From contig CBDBCY010000004.1 in NCBI GenBank assembly GCA_965203555.1, positions 777,434-841,433 on the forward strand: a stretch of 64,000 nucleotides of DNA. The letters are read 5' to 3'. This DNA is from Acidimicrobiia bacterium (GTDB lineage: Bacteria > Actinomycetota > Acidimicrobiia > Spongiisociales > ZC4RG35). The position numbers and the translations under genes were made by a program. Shown here one piece after another: positions 1 to 8,882 of the stretch. Numbering within the stretch: the stretch's first letter is position 1; every line of letters starts with the position of its first letter. Under the pieces are notes generated by a model. It saw nothing but the letters and a program-made list of their open reading frames with translations, was not told the origin of the DNA and made no database searches.

Positions 1-1
1 T

Positions 2-169
2 TGCGGCACCGACCTGCGGGAAGCAATCAGGTCGGGGGCTTCCGACCGGCGCCTGCGGCGCATGATCGCGGGAGTGTGGTCGGAGCGGGTCGACCAGTAC
101 TCGGAGCTTCGCTCGGGGGAAACCGCTGGAATCGGCCAGAGGGTCGAAATGAGCTACATAGGGGGTTGA
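2..169 (+). CDS. moaA: 3' end of a gene entering from the left edge; probably GTP 3',8-cyclase (MoaA) C-terminus
   Basis: Frame +2 has no start in the window, so it is absent from the ORF track. It reads ...DLREAIRSGASDRRLRRMIAGVWSERVDQYSELRSGETAGIGQRVEMSYIGG* with TGA at 167-169. The terminal MSxIGG double-glycine tail is characteristic of MoaA (from memory). Confidence 0.5.
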   Translation, partial: CGTDLREAIRSGASDRRLRRMIAGVWSERVDQYSELRSGETAGIGQRVEMSYIGG

Positions 170-222
170 GTGGTGACCGCCAACCGGATACGCATCGCAA
201 CCGTAGGACCGACCAGGGAATC

Positions 223-522
223 ATGAGATCCAATAAAGAAGGAACCGGTGAATACAAGGTCTCCAACGGGTGGCGGGTGGGACACACGCCCCAAGAGTCC
301 ACCACCCGCTCGGGTTTGCTGGTGTCAACGGGCAGCAACGGCCAGAACGACGCTCTTGCACTGATCGACGTGGTCACCGGAAGGCACTTCTGGGCAGTCC
401 CGACCGGCGCCTGGCGTTTTCTGTGGCCGCCTACCGGAAAGCCGGTGGTGGCGGTTCGACAGTCGCAGATAATCGCCGAGGAAGAACCCGACCAACCACT
501 CGACGAGGGCCAGTATCTCTAG
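223..522 (+). CDS. hypothetical small protein (99 aa)
   Basis: Internal ATG of ORF 1..522 preceded by agggaa. The downstream part (ALALIDVVTGRHFWAVPTGAWRFLWPP...) looks protein-like, whereas the upstream part of that ORF is an R/G-rich out-of-frame read of the moaA tail. No recognisable family. Confidence 0.3.
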   Translation: MRSNKEGTGEYKVSNGWRVGHTPQESTTRSGLLVSTGSNGQNDALALIDVVTGRHFWAVPTGAWRFLWPPTGKPVVAVRQSQIIAEEEPDQPLDEGQYL

Positions 523-546
523 AGCCACGGCCCGCGGGGCGTCAAG

Positions 547-1890
547 ATGACCTATCAGCATCTGGGACGGGAGCGCCGTCGGCTCACCGCCACCGTGGAG
601 GACCTCGAGGTCTCCCGGCAGAAAGCCTTCCTGGTGGGGATCCAGTTCGGCAGAAACTCCGCCGCGGAGTTGGAACAGTCCCTGGAAGAACTGGCCCTTC
701 TCACCGACACCGCCGGATCTCTGCCGTCCGACCAAGCTGTGTTTCGCCGGTCCGCACCCGATCCCGGACTGTTGATCGGTAAGGGTCAGGCTGCCCACTT
801 GGCGGACCTCACCAAGAGTGAGGACATCGACGTGGTGGTTTTCGACCACTCTCTCACCCCCGCCCAGCAGCGCAATCTGCAGGCCATGTTCGAATGCGAC
901 GTGGTTGATCGGGAGGCGGTAATCCTGGACATATTCGCCCAACACGCCACCTCTCGGGAAGGATCACTGCAGGTGGAATTGGCGTTGCTCCGCTATCGGT
1001 TGCCACGTCTGCGGGGAAAGGGTGGAGCGCTGTCCCAACAGGCGGGCGGCATCGGAACCCGTGGACCGGGAGAAACCAGACTGGAAAGTGACCGCCGTCG
1101 CATCAGGCGACGCATCTCGGTCCTGGAAAAAGATCTCGCTGCCCTCCGCAAGCACAACCAGACCCGTCGCCGTGCCCGAATCCGAACCGGGGCTCCTACC
1201 GCCGCCCTGGTGGGGTACACCAACGCCGGGAAGAGCACCCTGCTGAACCAACTCACCGGGGCGGGGATCCTCACTGAGGACCGATTATTCACCACTTTGG
1301 ATCCCACCATCCGCCGACTCCGACTTCCAGGGGGGCGAGAGATGCTTCTGGCCGACACGGTGGGATTCGTGCGGCGGCTGCCCCATCGTCTGGTAGAGGC
1401 GTTCAAGTCCACCCTGGAAGAAGTAAAAGACGCCGACCTGATGCTGCATATGGTCAACGCCGCCGATCCCGACCCGGAGGGGCAGGTCGAAGCCGTCCGA
1501 GAGGTTCTGACCGAAATCGGAGCGGATACGGCTTCGACCATCACTGTGATCAACAAGATCGACGTGGCGCCAACCGCAGTTGTCAAACGCCTGCTGGGAC
1601 GCAGCGAAACGGCGGTGGCGGTTTCGGCGTTAACCGGAGAAGGCGCCACCGATCTGATCGAAGCATTGGTGAAATGGCTGAACTCCCGATCATCCACCAT
1701 CACCCTCTTGGTCCCCTACTCCCGGGGAGATGTGGTCGCCTCCCTCTACCGGATCGGAGAGGTCCTGACCACCGATGCGACCCCGGACGGGATGCGGATC
1801 GAAGTCCGGCTTCCCCCCCACCAGGCAGCGCACTTCGCAGCCTTTGCGGAAACGTCAGCCACGGACGAGGGGCAAATCGGAGGACGGTAA
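547..1890 (+). CDS. hflX: GTPase HflX
   Basis: 447 aa. HflX N-terminal domain followed by a G domain (GYTNAGKSTLLNQLTG, DTVGF, NKID). Confidence 0.95.
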   Translation: MTYQHLGRERRRLTATVEDLEVSRQKAFLVGIQFGRNSAAELEQSLEELALLTDTAGSLPSDQAVFRRSAPDPGLLIGKGQAAHLADLTKSEDIDVVVFDHSLTPAQQRNLQAMFECDVVDREAVILDIFAQHATSREGSLQVELALLRYRLPRLRGKGGALSQQAGGIGTRGPGETRLESDRRRIRRRISVLEKDLAALRKHNQTRRRARIRTGAPTAALVGYTNAGKSTLLNQLTGAGILTEDRLFTTLDPTIRRLRLPGGREMLLADTVGFVRRLPHRLVEAFKSTLEEVKDADLMLHMVNAADPDPEGQVEAVREVLTEIGADTASTITVINKIDVAPTAVVKRLLGRSETAVAVSALTGEGATDLIEALVKWLNSRSSTITLLVPYSRGDVVASLYRIGEVLTTDATPDGMRIEVRLPPHQAAHFAAFAETSATDEGQIGGR

Positions 1891-2065
1891 ACCCGGCCCG
1901 TCGTCATTAGAACGCCACCGCCGTGACTGACGAAATGGTCTGCGGCTTCCATCCCGGGTATTGTCTGTACCGCGGAAGATCGTCGCGGGGTCGGATGCCT
2001 CCACCGGTCCGTCCTCCCGTAGGCGAACACAAGGACAAGAACCCAGTTGAAGTCGGGGTCCAAGA

Positions 2066-2923
2066 GTGAAACATGTCAAACTGTCGAAGATCGGACTGAA
2101 AAAGAGGCCTGACCTGAGCGAACGTTGGGTGCAGAAGGTGCTGGAGGACGATCCCTCCCTTCTGGGTCTCGGCGACCTTGACGTGAGGGACATCGAACGC
2201 CGTCAACCCCGCGCCGGCCGATTGGACATGCTGCTCACAGACTCCGACGGTTCCACTCGGTACGAAGTCGAACTGCAGTTGGGCGCCACGGACGAATCGC
2301 ACATAATCCGCACCCTGGAATACTGGGACACCGAACGTCGTCGGTACCCCCAGTACGAGCATGTGGCCGTCATCGTGGCCGAGGAGATCACCAGTCGCTT
2401 CTTCAATGTGATAAGCCTGTTCAACGGGTTCATCCCGATCGTTGCCATCCAGATAACCGCCCTTGACATCAAGGACGAGGGCGTGGCCCTCGTCTTCACC
2501 AAAGTGATGGACCACTCGATCCTTGGAGAAGACGAGGATGACGTGGGTATCCCAACAGACCGCCACTATTGGGAGAAGAGATCGACGCCGGAGATCATGA
2601 AGCAGTTGGTGGACCAGATTCACAACGCGATCCGAGAGCAAGATTCCGGAGTGGATCTCAAGTACAACAAGCATTACATCGGTCTGGCCAAGAACGGAAT
2701 AGCGAACAACTATGTGGCAATGAAGCCGCGCAAAGGAAGGGTGGTGGCCGAGTTCCGCATCCAGCGCTCGGAAGAAGTGACCAACATGATCAACGAGGCC
2801 GGCATAGGCACCCTTCCTTACAAATGGGGTTGCTACCGGGTCGCCATCCCCAACACAAGAGCCCTGGAAGAACACAGCGAGTTGCTGCGGGATCTGATAC
2901 GGCGCAGCAAGGACGGAAAATGA
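2066..2923 (+). CDS. NucS/DUF91-like PD-(D/E)XK nuclease-fold protein with a DUF5655-like C-terminal half
   Basis: 285 aa, GTG start. N-terminal region ERWVQKVLEDDPSLLGLG...GRLDMLLTDSDGSTRYEVELQLG...IIRTLEYW matches the endonuclease-like D...E-x-K layout but has E-L-Q. C-terminal KHYIGLAKNG...NYVAMKPRKGRVVAEF resembles DUF5655. Solitary + strand gene between hflX and ppgK. Confidence 0.7.
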   Translation: MKHVKLSKIGLKKRPDLSERWVQKVLEDDPSLLGLGDLDVRDIERRQPRAGRLDMLLTDSDGSTRYEVELQLGATDESHIIRTLEYWDTERRRYPQYEHVAVIVAEEITSRFFNVISLFNGFIPIVAIQITALDIKDEGVALVFTKVMDHSILGEDEDDVGIPTDRHYWEKRSTPEIMKQLVDQIHNAIREQDSGVDLKYNKHYIGLAKNGIANNYVAMKPRKGRVVAEFRIQRSEEVTNMINEAGIGTLPYKWGCYRVAIPNTRALEEHSELLRDLIRRSKDGK

Positions 2924-3093
2924 GCCGGTGGGTTCGATTCCCGCCGGACATGCCCGTTGCCGGAGGGGGACATCATGATTCAGACCGGAACGTAGACATC
3001 ATCCGTAGCCTGGAGAGAATGCGACGCCTCAAAGCATCTTGTATCCCCCACAGACACGGGGGCATTCGGTGATCGTCAACAGCCGCGGTGGCT

Positions 3094-3882
3094 TTATTCG
3101 CCGTGCCGCAGGACTTCACCGCCGATCAGGTCCGGTCTGGCTGCTGCCAAGGCTGCCCCCACAATTCCCGCGTGGTTACCGAACCGGGCGGGTCTGAGTT
3201 CCACGGACACATCAAGATACCGGCTGTACTTGGCCCACTTGTTCACACCCCCGCCTCCGATCACTATCAAATCCGGGGCAAACAGGGCCACGACGTGACG
3301 TAGATAGCGATTGAGCCGCTTTCCCCACTTCTTCCAACTGAGGTCGCTCTGTTTGTAAACACGGTAAGCCACGCGATCCTCGATGGGACGGTGACCACCC
3401 AACTCCAGCATGCCCAGTTCGAAGTTGGGAATCAGCCGGCCGTCGTACAGCAGGCCGCTGCCGATCCCAGTTCCCAGAGTGATCATCAAAACCGCTCCGC
3501 GGCGACCCCGGGCCGACCCGAACCTCACTTCCGCCAGACCGGCCGCGTCGGCGTCATTGAGAACGGTGACCGGCGACCCGACGACCCCCGAGAAAGTTGT
3601 CACCACATCGGCGCCCAGCCAAACATCGTCCAGGTGGGTGGCGGTGCCGACGATTCCTGTTTTCACAACCCCGGGAAATCCGCACCCCACCGCCAGCAAC
3701 GGATCTTCCCAATCCTTGCGGAAGTGGGCGACGATCTCGGCCAAAACCCCCGCCACCTCGTTGATGGTGCCGGGACGGGGCGTAGGTATCCGAAGTCGCT
3801 TGGACAGGATCTCCCCCGTGGCGGTGTCCACAACGTTTCCCTTCATCCCGGACCCGCCGATGTCGACACCCAGAGCCAACAT
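3094..3882 (-). CDS. ppgK: polyphosphate glucokinase (ROK family)
   Basis: 262 aa. GVDIGGSGMK N-terminus, ITLGTGIGSGL, ROK fold without the zinc-Cys motif, as in actinobacterial PpgK. Confidence 0.88.
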   Translation of the reverse strand: MLALGVDIGGSGMKGNVVDTATGEILSKRLRIPTPRPGTINEVAGVLAEIVAHFRKDWEDPLLAVGCGFPGVVKTGIVGTATHLDDVWLGADVVTTFSGVVGSPVTVLNDADAAGLAEVRFGSARGRRGAVLMITLGTGIGSGLLYDGRLIPNFELGMLELGGHRPIEDRVAYRVYKQSDLSWKKWGKRLNRYLRHVVALFAPDLIVIGGGGVNKWAKYSRYLDVSVELRPARFGNHAGIVGAALAAARPDLIGGEVLRHGE

Positions 3883-3884
3883 AC

Positions 3885-5240
3885 CTAATCCTCCTCCCGG
3901 CCCACTCTCTTCAATACCCGGTCGATCTCTGCCAATCGCCTTCTGACCTCCGCTTCAAACCCGTTGTGGCTCGGGAAGAAAAACACTTGAGGACTCACTT
4001 CCGGTGGGAAATAGGACTGGCGAACGATGTGACCGGGACGATCGTGTGGGTAAACATAACCTTTCCCGTGCCCTATCCTATCCGCTCCACGATAGCCGGT
4101 GCTGCGCAAGTGGAGGGGCACTGAAGGGCTTGGTCCCTCCCGGACAGCCTCCCTGGCTCGACCAATGGCCGAAGTGACCGAATTGGATTTGGGGGACGTT
4201 GCCAAAAACAAAGTGGCATGGGCCAAGTGGTAGGCAGCCTCGGGCATCCCGACGTAGGAAAGGGCCTGGGCCGCCGAGGCCGCCACCGCCAGCGCCCAAC
4301 GGTCCGCCAAACCGATGTCCTCCGAAGCCAGGATCAACAGCCTCCGGGCGATGAACTCGGGATCCTCTCCGCCTTCCAGCATGAGAAACAACCAGTAGAG
4401 CGCCGCGTCCGGATCAGAACCGCGCACACTCTTGATGAAAGCCGAAATCACGTCGTAGTGACGATCTCCCGCCTTGTCGTATTGCACGATGCGCTGCCCC
4501 AGCGCCTCGGAGATGTCGTCGGTCTCAATGCAGACCGATCCCCGTCCCTTGGCGAGATGGGCCGCCACTTCCAAGACGTTCAGCAAGCCGCGGGCGTCTC
4601 CGCCCGACCTGGCGACGAGAGCTTCCACAGCAGGTTCCGCCATCCGCAGACGATCCCTGCCCAGTCCCCTCTTTTGGTCCGAGAGCGCCTCTTCCACCAA
4701 GGCGGTCAGAGCCTGGCCCGGAATGGGCTGGGTACGGAACAACACCAGCCTGCTCATGAGGGGGGTATTGATCTCGAAAAAGGGATTCTCGGTGGTGGCG
4801 CCGATCAGGATCAGGGTCCCATTTTCCACGCCCGGTAGGAGAGCATCCTGTTGGTTCTTGGAAAAGCGGTGAATCTCGTCGAGGAACAGAACGGTGCGGC
4901 GCCCATCACTTTCCAGTCGACGCTTGGCGGCCCCCAAGACCTCTCTGACCTGCTTCACGCCGGCGGAAGTGGCGCTGAGGGTGGCGAACGAACCCGAACA
5001 GTAGGAGGCCACCAGCCGCGCCAGGGTTGTCTTGCCGGTCCCCGGCGGACCCCACAACACCATCGAGACCGGGTTGCCTGACTCGACCAGGACCCGGAAG
5101 GCCGCCCCGGGACGCAGAAGGTGCGGGAGTCCCATCACCTCATCCAGATCGCGAGGCCGCATCCGCTCTGCCAGGGGGGCCACCTCCGCCAAGACCTCTG
5201 AACGCCGGGCGGCAAACAGGTCATCGGCAGGGTATGTCAT
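3885..5240 (-). CDS. rarA: replication-associated recombination protein A (AAA+ ATPase)
   Basis: 451 aa. Walker A WGPPGTGKTTLARLVA, Walker B LFLDEIHRF, MgsA C-terminal domain (YDVISAFIKSVRGSDPDAALYWL). Confidence 0.95.
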   Translation of the reverse strand: MTYPADDLFAARRSEVLAEVAPLAERMRPRDLDEVMGLPHLLRPGAAFRVLVESGNPVSMVLWGPPGTGKTTLARLVASYCSGSFATLSATSAGVKQVREVLGAAKRRLESDGRRTVLFLDEIHRFSKNQQDALLPGVENGTLILIGATTENPFFEINTPLMSRLVLFRTQPIPGQALTALVEEALSDQKRGLGRDRLRMAEPAVEALVARSGGDARGLLNVLEVAAHLAKGRGSVCIETDDISEALGQRIVQYDKAGDRHYDVISAFIKSVRGSDPDAALYWLFLMLEGGEDPEFIARRLLILASEDIGLADRWALAVAASAAQALSYVGMPEAAYHLAHATLFLATSPKSNSVTSAIGRAREAVREGPSPSVPLHLRSTGYRGADRIGHGKGYVYPHDRPGHIVRQSYFPPEVSPQVFFFPSHNGFEAEVRRRLAEIDRVLKRVGREED

Positions 5241-5246
5241 TTGTTC

Positions 5247-6998
5247 CTACCCCGGAGGCCTGGCTCTCGCCCTGCGTGGATCGACAACTATTCCCAACTC
5301 CGCCAACTGCCGGGGGTCCACCGTCGCCGGGCTGTGGCTGAGCGGCTCAGCCCCGGTCTGGGTCTTGGGAAAGGGAATTATCTCCCGGATGCTCGGGACT
5401 CCGCGAAGCACCGCCACCAGACGGTCAAACCCCACTGCGAAACCCGCATGGGGAGGGGCGCCGTACCTCAACGCCTTGATGAACCACCCGAACCGCTCCT
5501 CTGCCTCCTTCTCCGGAATGCCCATGATCTCAAAGACCCGCCGCTGGGTGTCGGGATCGTGAATCCGCACACTTCCCGAACCCAGTTCCACGCCGTTCAA
5601 GACCAGGTCATAGGACCGCGCCACCGCCTCCAGGGGACGATTCGTCATCTGTTCCACGTCGGTGGGAGAAGTGAAGGGATGGTGGAGGAAAGTGATCTCT
5701 CCATCCTTTTCCTCGAACATGGGAAAGTCCACCACCCACAGAAACTCCAAGGCATCCGGATCGTCCGGCGCGCCCAGGTCCAACCGGAGACGACCCAGGG
5801 TGTCGGCGGTGGTCTTCTCCGTATCGGCCACCAGCAACAGCACGTCGCCGGGCTCGCCCTCCAGATGGGCCACCACCCCGGTCAATTCAGCGTCCGACAG
5901 GAACTTGGCCACCGGGGACCTGGGAGGAGCCTCCGAACGGACCACCATCCAGACCAGGCCTCCCGCTCCCCATTGCCGGGCCTTGGCGATCATGGCGTCG
6001 GCCCGGGCCCGGCTCATCGCCATCTGCCCGGCGTTGATTCCCCGGACCACTCCTCCCGACCCCAGGACATTGGAGAACGCCCGGAAGCCGGTGCGGGAAA
6101 ACACATCCGACAGTTCGACTATCCGCATGCCGAAGCGCAGATCCGGTTTGTCCGTGCCGTAACGGGCCATGGCTTCGGAGTACGTGAGGCGCGGCAAAGG
6201 TGCGGGGACATCCTGGTCCGGCCGCAGCGCCGACGCCACCGCCCTCACCACCTTCTCCACCGTAGCCAGTACGTCCTCCTGATCCCAGAAGGAGCCCTCC
6301 AGATCGATCTGGGTGAACTCCAACTGCCGGTCGGCCCGGAAATCTTCGTCCCGGTAGCAGCGACACATCTGGTAGTAGCGGCTCACCCCCGACATCATCA
6401 GGAGTTGCTTGTAGATCTGGGGCGATTGGGGCAGGGCGTAGAAGGCGCCGGGATTGTGGCGGCTGGGCACCAGCAGGTCGCGGGCGCCCTCGGGGGTGGA
6501 ACGAATCAGGGTGGGGGTTTCCACTTCCCAGAACCCCATGTCCTCCAGCGTTCGCCGCACGGTTCGAAGCGCCATGGAACGAGCGCGAAGATTGCCGGCC
6601 ATCCGTGGGCGACGCAGATCCAGGTAGCGGTACTCGAGGCGCAGGAGTTCTTCGGCATCGGTCCGGTCCTCGATCAGGAAGGGAAGTTCCTCCGAGCGAC
6701 TCAGGATGGTCAGCTCATGCACGTCCATCTCGACCCTTCCACTGGACATCGCCGGATTCTCCGCTCCCTCCGGGCGCCGGCGGATCACTCCCTGCGCCTG
6801 CACGCAGAACTCCCGGCGCAACAGAACGGATTCCTCTATCCGTTCAGGTTCCATCACCACCTGCACCACCCCGGTATGATCGCGCAAGTCCACGAACACC
6901 ACCCCTCCGTGATGGCGCCTGCGGTCGACCCATCCCGCCAGGGTGACCCTCTCCCCCACTATTTCCAGGCCCACTTGCGAGGCGGTGTGACTTCTCAC
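5247..6998 (-). CDS. aspS: aspartate--tRNA ligase
   Basis: 583 aa. OB anticodon-binding N-terminus (GWVDRRRHHGGVVFVDLRDHTG) and class II motifs (FRADRQLEFTQID, GAPPHAGFAVGFDRL). Confidence 0.97.
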   Translation of the reverse strand: MRSHTASQVGLEIVGERVTLAGWVDRRRHHGGVVFVDLRDHTGVVQVVMEPERIEESVLLRREFCVQAQGVIRRRPEGAENPAMSSGRVEMDVHELTILSRSEELPFLIEDRTDAEELLRLEYRYLDLRRPRMAGNLRARSMALRTVRRTLEDMGFWEVETPTLIRSTPEGARDLLVPSRHNPGAFYALPQSPQIYKQLLMMSGVSRYYQMCRCYRDEDFRADRQLEFTQIDLEGSFWDQEDVLATVEKVVRAVASALRPDQDVPAPLPRLTYSEAMARYGTDKPDLRFGMRIVELSDVFSRTGFRAFSNVLGSGGVVRGINAGQMAMSRARADAMIAKARQWGAGGLVWMVVRSEAPPRSPVAKFLSDAELTGVVAHLEGEPGDVLLLVADTEKTTADTLGRLRLDLGAPDDPDALEFLWVVDFPMFEEKDGEITFLHHPFTSPTDVEQMTNRPLEAVARSYDLVLNGVELGSGSVRIHDPDTQRRVFEIMGIPEKEAEERFGWFIKALRYGAPPHAGFAVGFDRLVAVLRGVPSIREIIPFPKTQTGAEPLSHSPATVDPRQLAELGIVVDPRRARARPPG

Positions 6999-8221
6999 GA
7001 CCTTCCCTCCTTGATCGCCGCCTTTCTTGCCCAGTCTCCCACTCCCTCCCTGAACAGAGTCTCCCGATCATATCCTTCTCGCATTTCCATTCTTATCCCG
7101 CTCACGACCCCCACATACCTCGCCCCTGAACGGGTGGCGGCCCGGAACTGCGCTTTCACGCTGCGGCTTTCCAAGTCGAACCCCACCCTCAGTCCCTCTT
7201 CGCGAAGAGGGGCCGCCCATTCCATCAGATCGGTGGGAGTTACCGGCTTCTCTGCAACCAGGAAGACATCCAGAGCGGTCTCCGGCGCCGGCGAGGCGGC
7301 CATCAGGATCCTGTCGATCCCCGCGGCGAACCCCACTCCCGGAGCAGGCCTTCCACCCAATGACTCGGCCAGTCCGTCATATCGACCGCCCCCCAGCACC
7401 GTCGACTGGGTCGTCTCCAAGGTGGTGGAGACGAATTCAAAAGTGGTGCGGGAGTAGTAGTCGAGTCCCCGCACCAGGCGCGCCGAACGCCGGTACTCGA
7501 CGCCCAGACGATCCAAGCCCTCCCGGACTCGGCGGAAGTTGTCCCGGCACACCGAACACCAATAGGAGGCGATATCGGGCAGGACCGCCGCGTCCGGCCT
7601 GCATCTCGAGCAATCCAGGATGCGTAACGGGTTCAATTCAACCAACTCGAGATGGTTCACGCAGAGGTCGTCCCTGTTGCGTCCCAGCACCTCCCTCAGA
7701 TCCGCCAGGTACACCCCCCGGCACCTGGAATCTCCCAGGCTGTTGATCAGAAGCCGCGTCTGCACTCCCAATTTGGACAGGAAGGTGTCGGCCAGGGCTA
7801 TCACCTCGACGTCAGCCGCCTCCGAAGCCGAGCCGATGCACTCCACCCCAACCTGCCAGAACTGGCGCCTACGGCCCCCCTGAGGCTGTTCGTAGCGGAA
7901 CATGGGTCCCGAGTAGGCGACCTTCCACAACCCGGTCCCTCCCCTTTGCAGGTACGCCCTCATCACACCGGCGGTCCCCTCCGGGCGCAGACTCAACGAT
8001 CTTCCCCTCCGGTCCAAGAAGGTGTACATCTGTTTGGTCACCATCTCGTTGGTCTCTCCCACCCCCCGCTCGAACAGCTCGGTGAATTCGAAGATGGGAG
8101 TGATCACCAACTCGTATCCGTAGGATGCCGAAAGGTTTTCCCACATGGCCAGCGCCTTCCGCCATCGGGAGGATTGCGGCGGACCGATCACATCGGTCCC
8201 CTTGGGGAGGCGGATGACCAT
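6995..8221 (-). CDS. hisS: histidine--tRNA ligase
   Basis: 408 aa. YTFLDRRGRSLSLRPEGTAGVMRAY, RRRQFWQVGVE, GGGRYDGL. 4-nt overlap with aspS. Confidence 0.97.
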   Translation of the reverse strand: MVIRLPKGTDVIGPPQSSRWRKALAMWENLSASYGYELVITPIFEFTELFERGVGETNEMVTKQMYTFLDRRGRSLSLRPEGTAGVMRAYLQRGGTGLWKVAYSGPMFRYEQPQGGRRRQFWQVGVECIGSASEAADVEVIALADTFLSKLGVQTRLLINSLGDSRCRGVYLADLREVLGRNRDDLCVNHLELVELNPLRILDCSRCRPDAAVLPDIASYWCSVCRDNFRRVREGLDRLGVEYRRSARLVRGLDYYSRTTFEFVSTTLETTQSTVLGGGRYDGLAESLGGRPAPGVGFAAGIDRILMAASPAPETALDVFLVAEKPVTPTDLMEWAAPLREEGLRVGFDLESRSVKAQFRAATRSGARYVGVVSGIRMEMREGYDRETLFREGVGDWARKAAIKEGRS

Positions 8222-8224
8222 CGT

Positions 8225-8872
8225 CTAGATCAAGCTCAGCAAGTAGGGATTGAGGTTGCGTTCCAGCCCGAGGGTAGTGCTCTCCCCGTGTCCGGGCAGC
8301 ACGATCGTTTCGAACGGCAGGACAAGGATCTTGCGGCGCATGCTCTCCATCAAAGCGTCATAGTCACCCCCCGGCAGATCGGTGCGCCCGATGGAACCGC
8401 GGAACAACTGGTCTCCCGAGAACAGAATGCCTTGGTCCCGAAGATGGAAGCAACAATGGCCCGGGGTGTGTCCGGGTGTGTGCAGAACAGTCATCTCCAG
8501 TCCCGCCAGGTTCAGCACCTCCCCGTCCGACAGGTCCCGGCGGACGGCAGGAGGGCGGTAGTCACCCGCAGGGATGACGCCCATCAGGTTGAGCAGTTGT
8601 CGATGGGGGTCCAGCGTCAGAAAGTCATCATCGGGATGGATGTGGGAAACCACGCCCAATCGCTCCTCGGCGGCCCCGGCGCCTCCCATGTGATCGACGT
8701 GACCGTGGGTGAGAAGCAGCGCCACCGGCGCCAGGTCGTACTTGGCGCACAGAGCGGCCACCCCGCCGGGGTCGGGAGGGGCGTCCACCACTACGCAGGG
8801 CCCGCCCGCCTCCGGCGCAACCACATAGCAGTTGGTCTGGGTAAACCAGAGAGAAACACTGTCAACCAGCAT
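8225..8872 (-). CDS. MBL-fold metallo-hydrolase (glyoxalase II-like)
   Basis: 215 aa with LLTHGHVDHMGG and HTPGHTPGH motifs. Confidence 0.9.
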   Translation of the reverse strand: MLVDSVSLWFTQTNCYVVAPEAGGPCVVVDAPPDPGGVAALCAKYDLAPVALLLTHGHVDHMGGAGAAEERLGVVSHIHPDDDFLTLDPHRQLLNLMGVIPAGDYRPPAVRRDLSDGEVLNLAGLEMTVLHTPGHTPGHCCFHLRDQGILFSGDQLFRGSIGRTDLPGGDYDALMESMRRKILVLPFETIVLPGHGESTTLGLERNLNPYLLSLI

Positions 8873-8882
8873 CGGGGCCCGA

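Noticed and set aside
1-222. Possible structured RNA or riboswitch upstream of the small ORF and hflX
   Set aside because: Positions 2-169 translate cleanly in frame +2 to a MoaA-like C-terminus ending IGG*. The region is therefore coding, and I saw no riboswitch consensus in the remaining 50 nt.
5241-7457. 738-aa ORF on the + strand
   Set aside because: It lies entirely antisense to aspS and hisS. Its composition is R/P/G/H-rich and it has no motifs. This is a typical high-GC shadow ORF.
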